From Deltaproteobacteria bacterium (GTDB taxonomy: Bacteria > JAGRBM01 > JAHCIT01), in contig JAHCIT010000007.1 of the NCBI GenBank assembly GCA_026129095.1, positions 124,001 to 188,000 of the forward strand: a DNA stretch of 64,000 bases, given 5' to 3'. The first letter of the stretch is position 1. Each line of letters begins with the position of its first letter. A program made the translations under genes and the position numbers. This document shows positions 56,302 to 64,000 of the stretch, piece after piece. Under the pieces are notes generated by a model that searched no databases, had not been told where the DNA came from, and was given only the letters and a program-made list of their open reading frames with translations.

Positions 56302-58236
56302 ATGAGTGCTGCCACAAGTACCGACGAACGCTACGAACTGCTCGACGCCATCAACTCGCCGACCGATCTGCGCCGGTTGCCGGAATCCGAGCTTCCCAAA
56401 CTGGCCGAAGAGTGCCGCCGGTTCCTCATTCATGCGGTCGCCAAGACGGGCGGACACCTCGCCTCGTCGCTAGGCGCCTGCGAACTCACCATCGCCCTCC
56501 ACTACGTCTATGAGACTCCCGAAGACCGGCTCGTCTGGGACGTGGGTCACCAGGCCTATGTCCACAAGCTGCTTACCGGACGCCGGGAGATGTTCCCCAC
56601 ACTCCGTCAGAAGGGCGGCATGTCCGGTTTCCCCTCCCGGTTCGAAAGCTCCTACGACACGTTCGGTGTCGGTCATGGCGGAACCTCGATTTCGGCCGCT
56701 GCCGGCATGAACGAAGGGCTGCATCACCAGAAGAAGCGGCGCCACACGGTCGCAGTGATCGGCGATGGTTCGATCACCTCCGGCATGGCATTCGAGGCGC
56801 TCAATCATGCCGGTGAAGTGGGGCGCCCATTCACCGTTGTCCTGAACGACAACGAGTGGGCGATCTCGCGCAACGTGGGGGCGCTCTCCCGTACCCTGAG
56901 CCGACGAATCGTGACCGAGGATTTTATCCAGACAAAGGATCTGGTTCGCCGCTGGGTTCACGAGAAGCTCGGCGCGAAGATGGAAGACCGAATCCGCCAT
57001 ATCGAGGATGCCGTCAAAAGCGTCGTGCTCCCGGTCTCGCCGCTGTTCGAGGCGTTCGGCTTCGAATATCTGGGCCCCGTGGATGGGCATAACGTTCATG
57101 CCCTGGTGAAGGCGCTGCGGGCCGCCAAGGAAAACCACAAGCCTGTGCTGCTCCATATCCTCACCCGCAAGGGCAAGGGGTGGGAGGTTTCCGAAGCCGA
57201 TCCGCTCGTTTACCACGGCCTAGGCAAGTACGACCCCAAGTCGGGAGAGCGTGCCCCGGCTGCTCCGGCCCCCGACCCGTGGCAAAAGCACTTCGCCCGT
57301 GCGGCGATTGATCTGGCGAAGCAGGATTCCCGTATCGTCGCCATCACCGGTGCGATGGCGACGGGAACCAGTTGTGACGTATTCCAGAAGGAGTTTCCCG
57401 ACCGCTGCTACGACGTCGGCATGTGCGAGCAGCATGCCGTGACGCTGGCGGCGGGGCTCGCCTGCGAAGGCATGCGCCCCATTGCAGCGATCTACTCGAC
57501 GTTCCTCCAGCGCGCCTATGACCAGGTGGTTCACGACGTCTGTATCCAGAACCTGCCCGTACTGTTCTGCATGGACCGCGCTGGCCTGGCTGGTGATGAC
57601 GGCGTGACGCACCAGGGGATGTTCGACATCGCCTACCTGCGCTGCCTGCCGAACATGGTCTGCATGGCCCCCAAGGACGAGAACGAACTCAGGAACATGA
57701 TGTACACGGCGACCAAGCTCGACTGCCCCTCGTCCGTCCGGTATCCGCGTGGACCCGCCATGGGGATCCCCTACGACAAGGAGTTCTCCCAGATCCCGGT
57801 TGGCAAGGCCGAAATCCTTCGCGAGGGTAAGGATGTGACGCTTCTGGCACTGGGCCACCAGGTGCCGGAAGCAGTGAAGGCCGCTGAACTTCTCGCTGCC
57901 GAAGGGGTCCAGACAACCGTGGTGAATGCCCGGTTTATCAAGCCGCTGGACCGCGAGACGATAATCGAAACCGCTACCGCTACCGGGCGGCTTGTGACTA
58001 TCGAGGAGGCGGCCCTGATGGGTGGCTTCGGATCGGCAGTTTGTGAACTTTTGATGGACGAAGGCGTCCACAGGGATATCGACATCAGACGGCTCGGGGT
58101 CTCTGACCGGTTTGTCGAGCATGGCACCCAGGCCGCCTGGCGTGAGGAGTTCAAGCTCACGGCCCCAAGGATTGCCGAAACAGTCCGGCAGATGATCCGC
58201 AAGACACGGCTCCGGAGCGTCAAGGACGCGGGCTAA
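56302..58236 (+). CDS. dxs: 1-deoxy-D-xylulose-5-phosphate synthase
   Basis: GGHLASSLG, WDVGHQAY, GDGSITSG..EALN, GPVDGH, YSTFLQRAYDQ, DRAG, RYPRG. Confidence 0.98.
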   Translation: MSAATSTDERYELLDAINSPTDLRRLPESELPKLAEECRRFLIHAVAKTGGHLASSLGACELTIALHYVYETPEDRLVWDVGHQAYVHKLLTGRREMFPTLRQKGGMSGFPSRFESSYDTFGVGHGGTSISAAAGMNEGLHHQKKRRHTVAVIGDGSITSGMAFEALNHAGEVGRPFTVVLNDNEWAISRNVGALSRTLSRRIVTEDFIQTKDLVRRWVHEKLGAKMEDRIRHIEDAVKSVVLPVSPLFEAFGFEYLGPVDGHNVHALVKALRAAKENHKPVLLHILTRKGKGWEVSEADPLVYHGLGKYDPKSGERAPAAPAPDPWQKHFARAAIDLAKQDSRIVAITGAMATGTSCDVFQKEFPDRCYDVGMCEQHAVTLAAGLACEGMRPIAAIYSTFLQRAYDQVVHDVCIQNLPVLFCMDRAGLAGDDGVTHQGMFDIAYLRCLPNMVCMAPKDENELRNMMYTATKLDCPSSVRYPRGPAMGIPYDKEFSQIPVGKAEILREGKDVTLLALGHQVPEAVKAAELLAAEGVQTTVVNARFIKPLDRETIIETATATGRLVTIEEAALMGGFGSAVCELLMDEGVHRDIDIRRLGVSDRFVEHGTQAAWREEFKLTAPRIAETVRQMIRKTRLRSVKDAG

Positions 58237-58966
58237 GCCCCCCGGACTTTACCAGTCCAGCCCAGCCGCCAAAGAGGATGCGGCTGATGGATTCAAGCCC
58301 GGGCAGGTAACTGGCGCGGCCATCGAGCAGCCGTTCCCGCGGTATCCGCTCGGCCTGAAGTTCATCGTCGAAGGCGCGGGTCATCCCTGCTATCAGGTCA
58401 CTATCCACCTCCAGATGAAACTGGATTCCCCATACATTCCTTCCGTACCGGAACGCCTGGTTGGGCGTCATCTCTGACGAAGCGAGATGGACCGCTCCAT
58501 CTGGCAGTTCCAGCCGGTCACCGTGCCAGTGGAAGGCTACGAAATTCCGTTCGGGTACACGGCTCCAGAGAGGATCATCTGAAGCGTCACCAGTAAGCTT
58601 CACCGGGTACCACCCGATCTCCTTGGCCGGCCCGGGAGCGACATTGCCGCCAAAGGCTGCGGCTATGAGCTGAGCCCCCAAGCATACACCCAGAACAGGC
58701 AGGTTTTCCTTTTCCATCTGGCGGATCAGGTTCATCTCGTCCGCAAGAAACGGATACTTGTCCGTTTCATAGACTCCCATCGGACCGCCCATAACGATCA
58801 GCCCCGCAGCGCCGCCGCCCAGGTCCGGCACGGGCTCTCCCGCCCAGGTCCGCACATAGCGGATTCCGACGCCCTTCCGTTCCAGTTCCAGTGCGATCAG
58901 TCCCGGGTTTTCACACCTCGCGTGAAGCAGGCACCAGACAAAAGGGCGGCTGGAAGAAGGACTCAT
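58220..58966 (-). CDS. type 1 glutamine amidotransferase (GMP-synthase-like)
   Basis: MGGPMGVY, GVCLGAQ, EIGW, WHGD, QFHLE. Overlaps the dxs 3' end by 17 bp. Confidence 0.9.
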   Translation of the reverse strand: MSPSSSRPFVWCLLHARCENPGLIALELERKGVGIRYVRTWAGEPVPDLGGGAAGLIVMGGPMGVYETDKYPFLADEMNLIRQMEKENLPVLGVCLGAQLIAAAFGGNVAPGPAKEIGWYPVKLTGDASDDPLWSRVPERNFVAFHWHGDRLELPDGAVHLASSEMTPNQAFRYGRNVWGIQFHLEVDSDLIAGMTRAFDDELQAERIPRERLLDGRASYLPGLESISRILFGGWAGLVKSGGLSPRP

Positions 58967-59058
58967 GGGACAAAGTCTAGCCGTAGCCGCCAAGCGCCAC
59001 AAAAGGCCATATTCGCCATAATAGATACGATAGGTATACTCATCATATTTATAATAAA

Positions 59059-59116
59059 TGTAATAAATACAGCTAGTTACAATTTTTATATTGACTGATA
59101 TCTATAATGTAATACA
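59059..59116 (+). promoter_or_regulatory. AT-rich promoter region of the desaturase with TGTAATACA palindrome
   Basis: TTGACT 59091-96, TATAAT 59103-08, TGTAATACA 59108-16, TGTAATAAA 59059-67. Confidence 0.55.
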
Positions 59117-59183
59117 ACATAAACAGACCGATGCCGCAACCCGTCAAGGTCGCGGAGAAGCAAGTCCAGAAGGAAAACAAATC

Positions 59184-60425
59184 ATGACTACCGCCACCAC
59201 CGAAATCATCGAAACTCCTGCTACCCACCCGCCGGTGCCCATTCCCCGCTCGGCCAAACGAAATGCCGCCACGCAGGCTGCCAAGCCTCCAGTCCGTTCG
59301 GAAGAACCGGCCGCCCGGCTCACGGACGAGGAACGGTTTCGCCGGTTCGGCGAGGCGGTGGACAAAATCCGGCGCCGCGTCGAGGAACAGATCGGCAAGG
59401 ATGACGTCGACTATATCACCAAGGTGGACAACTTCTCCCGTGCCATGACAATCACCGGACGCGCCCTGCTCCACTTCAGCGTTGGGCCCGTTTCATGGAC
59501 GGCGGGAGTCATTGCACTGTGGATCGGTCGACAGCTTCAGGCGACCGAAATCGGCCACACCGCCTTGCACGGAGCATTCGACGGCCTGCCCGGCGCAGAC
59601 AAGTTCCAGTCGGAAACCTTCGACTGGGACGTTCCGATCGACGAAGAGTCCTGGCGCTATGGGCACAACATCCGACACCACCAGTTCACCAATATCGCTG
59701 GCAAGGATCCGGACATCCATTTCGGACCGGTTCGTCTCAATGCCCAGACGCCTCACCGCACGGTGAATTACTTTCAGGTGCCGATCGCGCTGGCCGTGGC
59801 GAGCAACTTCGGTTTTGCCATGAACCCGCATTTCACCGGACTGCTGGATGTATACAGCAGCAACGGGCGGGGTGGCATGGACACGCTGAAGGACAGGTCA
59901 TGGAAGACCATCGCGCTCGCCCACTGGAAGACTTTCCGCAAGTGGGGCCCCTACTACTTCAGAAACTATGTGTTTTTCCCGGCACTGGCTGGCCCAGGAT
60001 TCCTGAAAGTGCTCGCCGGCAACGTGGCTGCTGAAATCCTCCGCGATCTCTACACGGCGGCGACCATCTGGTGCGGACATGTGGGCGAGGACGTCAAGGA
60101 CTACCCAGAAGGTACCAAGGCGCGAAACCGCGGCGAGTGGTATGCCATGCAGGTGGAAGGTGCCAACAATTTTGAGGTTCCGCTTCCCCTCTCCATGCTG
60201 TGCGGCGCCCTGGACCGGCAGATCGAACACCATCTGTTCCCGAAATTCCCCACGAACCGGCTTCGGGAAGTCGCCCCGGAAATCCGCCAGATCTGCGAAG
60301 AATACGGCATCAGCTACAGGACCGGCACATGGCCAAACACGCTTGGCAAGGTCTTCCAGCGCGTCTGGCAGCTCAGCTTCCCTGACAAGCCGGAAACGGT
60401 AGAAGCCGAAGCGGTGCGGGTCTGA
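59184..60425 (+). CDS. membrane acyl-CoA/fatty acid desaturase (DesA3/DesB-like)
   Basis: His boxes EIGHTALH, HNIRHH and QIEHHLFP, plus KDPDI. ATG after AAGGA. Confidence 0.92.
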   Translation: MTTATTEIIETPATHPPVPIPRSAKRNAATQAAKPPVRSEEPAARLTDEERFRRFGEAVDKIRRRVEEQIGKDDVDYITKVDNFSRAMTITGRALLHFSVGPVSWTAGVIALWIGRQLQATEIGHTALHGAFDGLPGADKFQSETFDWDVPIDEESWRYGHNIRHHQFTNIAGKDPDIHFGPVRLNAQTPHRTVNYFQVPIALAVASNFGFAMNPHFTGLLDVYSSNGRGGMDTLKDRSWKTIALAHWKTFRKWGPYYFRNYVFFPALAGPGFLKVLAGNVAAEILRDLYTAATIWCGHVGEDVKDYPEGTKARNRGEWYAMQVEGANNFEVPLPLSMLCGALDRQIEHHLFPKFPTNRLREVAPEIRQICEEYGISYRTGTWPNTLGKVFQRVWQLSFPDKPETVEAEAVRV

Positions 60426-60438
60426 GGAAAATCTTGCC

Positions 60439-60954
60439 CTATTCCGGAACCTTTTTCAGGCAATCCGGATGAATCCAGACTGCCAGGGCTGAAGCGTTGT
60501 CGCTTTGGCCCCGGAGTCCTTCGGTCCCGCGCTCCATCTCCCCCCCGCAGACAGCACAAGTTTCGGTGCGATTCATGATCAGCTTCTGCCAGCCATAAAC
60601 GCCGGCAAGCAGCGAAGCTGCTGCCGGAGCAGGCGCCGGAGGCGGCCGGAGGACATCCTGGCCGGAGGCGCTGGCGGCCACCCGCTGGGCGTCCCGGGCC
60701 ACATTCCGCGCAAGCAACTGCGACTGGTTGACGATATGATCGACATTCGCCACGACGTTATCGACCAGCTCAAAACTGTCATGCAGGACATTCCGGATGA
60801 GCTGCGAGACCGTCACCCGGCGGCGACGGGCCTCTTCCTTGAGCACGTTGTCGAGCCCTTCGGGCACACGGGTCTGGATTAGGAAATCCTTGCGCTCGTC
60901 CACAGGTTTCCGCCCGCGTTTTCGTGAGGCTGTTCTGGGCCGTCTCGGTGTCAC
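60439..60954 (-). CDS. putative ribbon-helix-helix DNA-binding protein with C-terminal CxxC...HxxC zinc site
   Basis: IQTRVPEGLDNVLKEEARRRRVTVSQLIRNVL fits the RHH strand-helix-helix pattern. CAVC...HPDC at the C-terminus. Confidence 0.7.
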   Translation of the reverse strand: MTPRRPRTASRKRGRKPVDERKDFLIQTRVPEGLDNVLKEEARRRRVTVSQLIRNVLHDSFELVDNVVANVDHIVNQSQLLARNVARDAQRVAASASGQDVLRPPPAPAPAAASLLAGVYGWQKLIMNRTETCAVCGGEMERGTEGLRGQSDNASALAVWIHPDCLKKVPE

Positions 60955-60988
60955 GTAAATACCCGCCTTTTCGAGGACGGACTTAACC

Positions 60989-61007
60989 CGTCATACATAT
61001 GATGACA
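60989..61007. promoter_or_regulatory. palindrome upstream of RHH gene
   Basis: CGTCAT-ACATATG-ATGACA (GTCAT-N7-ATGAC). Confidence 0.5.
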
Positions 61008-61054
61008 ATCAAAATGGCGTTTGAAAAGCACCTCGTGCTATTCCCTGCTGCAGG

Positions 61055-62920
61055 ATGCGGAAGCGGGCACTGACATTCGTACTGGCCGCCATCACCCTCG
61101 CTGGCTGCGGGGAGTGGTTTGATACTTGGATAATGGGACGGCCTGCTCCCCTTACCGGTGTATGGACCGGTTTTGTGCAGGTAAGCGGCGATACCGGCGA
61201 TGCCATTGCCGACCTGGTGATGTCACCGGACGGTGAACTGAGCGGTACACTCGAAACCGTACCCACCGATGGTTACCGGCACCGGATTACAGGCAAGGTG
61301 AGCCGCCACAGCATCGGGGCGGAAATCCACGTCCGCAACGACCTTTGTGAGGGAGTGTTCCGTGTTAATGGCGGCATCCGTGACGGCGTGATGGAACTTT
61401 CCGGTGATGGTGCTCCCTGCTGGCCGGAAGAAGGCGTTTCGTTCCGGGCGAAATTCGGGAGAATGACGGCAAACGCTGCCACGGGGAGCGGCCCCACTCG
61501 CCTGCACCGGTGGTCCGGCCCGCTCATCGAGCACCCCCGGCTGGAGCAACCAGTCGAACAGTTCCCAAACAGATGGGACGGGAGCCCTATCGTCGAAGCG
61601 CAGATAGATAATGCTACCGGGAATCCCGCCAGTTTCAGTTTCCGTATTCCGCCCATAAATACAGCAGCAGATACAAACGATAGTTCCCGCTGGCCAACCG
61701 GCACCCCCGCCTACTTAGACTGGATCGTGCTCGACCTGGATCACCTGGCTGCTACCGGACCGTACGGCGAGCGTCTTTTTACCCGTCGGGACGGCTGGCT
61801 GTTCCGGGGCGACGGCCACTGGAGCCTGCATCGCCTGATCAGCCATCCGAACGAACCCATCATGGAACTGGATGCGGAGGTATTCGATCCCGGTGAGAAC
61901 GAACTGCTAGCCGGGCTCACCCTCTCGGGCCGGTGGTATCCCGGCCATGTGCAGGCCGACTTCAGGCCCCGCCCCTTCAGCTACCGGATTCATCTTTCCA
62001 GGACACCGGTGGCGGCCAGCGGCAGCGTGGAGCTCAAGGGTTTTGATCCAGGCAAGAGACAGTCCGGCTCGGTGGACCTGAAAGCCCACAGTCGCGCACT
62101 CGACACCAGCATCCGTCCGCACCAGCTTCTCGCCCTCCGGCTCCGGACGGATGGGGCATTTTCATCGGTGGGACTTCTTCCACTGACGCGTGGCGATCTC
62201 CGGGTGGACTATCCCCGGGTCACGGTCCGCGAACTGGCTGATGGTACCGGCCTCAAGATGACCGTACGGACCGACCTCGCCCTGATCGTCAACGAGCGGC
62301 AGATCATCGCCCCGCTCTTCCCGGCCGAAGGCATCGGCACCGTCCAGATCATTGGTGGAACGTGCGCTGGGGCCGACCCTGAAGCTCCCGATACAGTCCG
62401 GAATCAGTGTCCTGGTACTCTTATCCATCTGCTCCCGTTCACGCTAACGGTTCCTCCGCCGGTCATTGCTGCCCAGTTTCCACACCCTCCCCGCGAGGGG
62501 TCCGTCATACTGCCGCCGCCGGACGGGAGGTATAGTGATGAAGACTGGCTGAGTATTCACCTTTCATTCGAGGGCCTTACCGATGAACGGGCAGAGCAGT
62601 GGCTTCTGCTCCCGCTGAAAGATACCAGACCCGGTCCGCTGAATATGGAACGGTTTGTGGTCACACCTACGCAAATGAACCTGAAGGCCGGTGAACTGGC
62701 CAGTTTCACCTTCGACGGCATTCTCAACACCGGCGACCGGATGCCGCTACTTCACGATCCCGACACCCGGATCAGCGTATCAGAAATCTCGCATCCAATG
62801 CCGGGCATCAGTGTCTCGCCCGGTACGGTCCGGGCTGCCCGGCCCGGAGAAGGGTCTGTACATATCCGGAACCGCAAATTTCCCCTGTGGCCGGTGAGCA
62901 TTACGATTCTCGTTGAGTGA
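61055..62920 (+). CDS. hypothetical lipoprotein, beta-rich, C-terminal Ig-like (Big_2-like) domain
   Basis: MRKR...TLAGC lipobox, LTGVWTG, and C-terminal VTPTQMNLKAGE...GTVRAARPGEGSV. Confidence 0.7.
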   Translation: MRKRALTFVLAAITLAGCGEWFDTWIMGRPAPLTGVWTGFVQVSGDTGDAIADLVMSPDGELSGTLETVPTDGYRHRITGKVSRHSIGAEIHVRNDLCEGVFRVNGGIRDGVMELSGDGAPCWPEEGVSFRAKFGRMTANAATGSGPTRLHRWSGPLIEHPRLEQPVEQFPNRWDGSPIVEAQIDNATGNPASFSFRIPPINTAADTNDSSRWPTGTPAYLDWIVLDLDHLAATGPYGERLFTRRDGWLFRGDGHWSLHRLISHPNEPIMELDAEVFDPGENELLAGLTLSGRWYPGHVQADFRPRPFSYRIHLSRTPVAASGSVELKGFDPGKRQSGSVDLKAHSRALDTSIRPHQLLALRLRTDGAFSSVGLLPLTRGDLRVDYPRVTVRELADGTGLKMTVRTDLALIVNERQIIAPLFPAEGIGTVQIIGGTCAGADPEAPDTVRNQCPGTLIHLLPFTLTVPPPVIAAQFPHPPREGSVILPPPDGRYSDEDWLSIHLSFEGLTDERAEQWLLLPLKDTRPGPLNMERFVVTPTQMNLKAGELASFTFDGILNTGDRMPLLHDPDTRISVSEISHPMPGISVSPGTVRAARPGEGSVHIRNRKFPLWPVSITILVE

Positions 62921-63016
62921 AGGCTTGCCGAAAGAAACTATTTAGTCTCTTAAAAATTGGCGCTATACAGGAAAGTCGCCGCTCCGAATGTGGAGAGCGA
63001 TGGAGGACACCCAATC

Positions 63017-64000
63017 ATGCGTTCCTGGCTGCAACTTCAGAAGGGACAGACGCCCCGGCAGGCCCATGTGGGCCTGGATGGTCTTAAGGATGACGAACTC
63101 GGCCGCCAGGGGTTTTCCGGGAAGGTGGCAGAACTCTACCGCCGTAACGATCCGACAGCCTGGAGCCGGATAGAGGGTCCGCATCGTCCCCGCGATTTCA
63201 GCCTGAACCGGCTGGTTCCACCTGACCAGAATGACCCGAACGGCCGTCCGCTCAAGCTGATGTTCAATGCCGACCTGTCAATACATCTGAGCCGCCGGGC
63301 AGCACCGATGCCCTATTTTTTCCGGAATGCCGATGGCGATGAGCTTCATTTCGTCCACCGCGGCGAAGGAACAGTTGAAACCGAATTCGGCCCCCTCACC
63401 TACGGACCGGGGGACTATGTGCTGATTCCAAAAGGCGTCACCTACCGGGTAGTTCCGGCAAATGCGGACAACTACTTCGTCATTCTGGAAACCGTGGGCG
63501 AGATCGACTTCCCCGACTTTGGGGCCCTTGGCCGCCACGCTCCGTTCGATCCCACAGTAATCCGCATTCCGGAACCACAGGCATTCGACCAGCCGGGCGA
63601 GCACGAGGTACGCATCAAGCTTGATGGCCGGTATACATCTTGCACCTACCCGTTCCATCCGTTCGACGTCGTGGGATGGAAGGGCGATCTTTTCCCTTTC
63701 GCCATGAACATCCGTGACTTCTGCCCGATCCTGAGCGACCGGGTGCATCTGCCGCCATCGGTCCACTGCAATTTCCAGGCGGCAGGTGTCTACGTCATCA
63801 ACTTCCTGCCCCGGCCTGCCGAAGGCATTCGTGACGCCGAGAGGGTTCCCTGGTATCACCGGAACGTCGACTTCGACGAGGTGATTTTCAACCACGGCGG
63901 AGAATTCATGGGAGTTCCGATTCCCAAGGGACGCATGTCCCTCTCGCCCCAGGGAGTCCACCACGGCATTCCCGAAATGGTACGGGAGTTCACCCGCAAG
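63017..64000 (+). CDS. hmgA: homogentisate 1,2-dioxygenase family protein (runs off window edge)
   Basis: Not in the ORF track. ATG 63017 after GGAGG gives MRSWLQLQKG...ELGRQGF...FFRNADGDELHFVHRGEG..ETEFG...HPFDVVGWKG...HLPPSVH...PWYHRNVDFDEV. Confidence 0.88.
   Translation, partial: MRSWLQLQKGQTPRQAHVGLDGLKDDELGRQGFSGKVAELYRRNDPTAWSRIEGPHRPRDFSLNRLVPPDQNDPNGRPLKLMFNADLSIHLSRRAAPMPYFFRNADGDELHFVHRGEGTVETEFGPLTYGPGDYVLIPKGVTYRVVPANADNYFVILETVGEIDFPDFGALGRHAPFDPTVIRIPEPQAFDQPGEHEVRIKLDGRYTSCTYPFHPFDVVGWKGDLFPFAMNIRDFCPILSDRVHLPPSVHCNFQAAGVYVINFLPRPAEGIRDAERVPWYHRNVDFDEVIFNHGGEFMGVPIPKGRMSLSPQGVHHGIPEMVREFTRK

Noticed and set aside
58220-58236. Convergent 17-bp overlap between dxs and GATase
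   Set aside because: Short tail-to-tail overlaps are common in compact genomes.
63278-63964. 228-aa minus-strand ORF
   Set aside because: Antisense to the plus-strand hmgA frame, which the track omitted because it lacks a stop in the window.
1-64000. CRISPR arrays, IS elements, prophage, rRNA/tRNA
   Set aside because: No regularly spaced repeats, transposase/integrase/phage motifs or structural RNA signatures were seen by eye. An Infernal/tRNAscan run would be the definitive check.

Overview
This is a GC-rich chromosomal segment (roughly 60% GC by eye) of a deltaproteobacterium-like organism, possibly Myxococcota-type. That placement is inferred from the PEGA Ser/Thr kinase, the myxosortase-like protease and the A2-type oxidase. 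It holds about 57 densely packed CDSs. Housekeeping genes include hemB, mnmE, ispE, hslO, moaA, PBP1A, coxBA, rsmI, trpS, sfsA, queG, prfB (programmed +1 frameshift), dxs and hmgA. There are also many lipid-related genes: two MGAT/PlsC-like acyltransferases, three extended SDRs, a phasin/PhaE-like protein, an ABC1 kinase and an acyl-CoA desaturase. I found no rRNA, tRNA, CRISPR array or mobile element. The most notable observations are: (1) a candidate lipid regulon, in which an uncharacterised ribbon-helix-helix + Zn-finger protein sits next to the desaturase and related palindromes lie upstream of itself, the desaturase and the distant ABC1 kinase; (2) a possible WS/DGAT-independent lipid-storage module; (3) a TPR/beta-barrel + FecR two-gene locus resembling Slam/T11SS; (4) an apparently inactive restriction-endonuclease-fold protein with a ~235-aa acidic insert; (5) a DnaA-box cluster upstream of dxs; (6) an Irr/ICE-like palindrome upstream of cytochrome c peroxidase; (7) a ~70-aa insertion in TrpRS. 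All family assignments come from motif recognition, not database searches.
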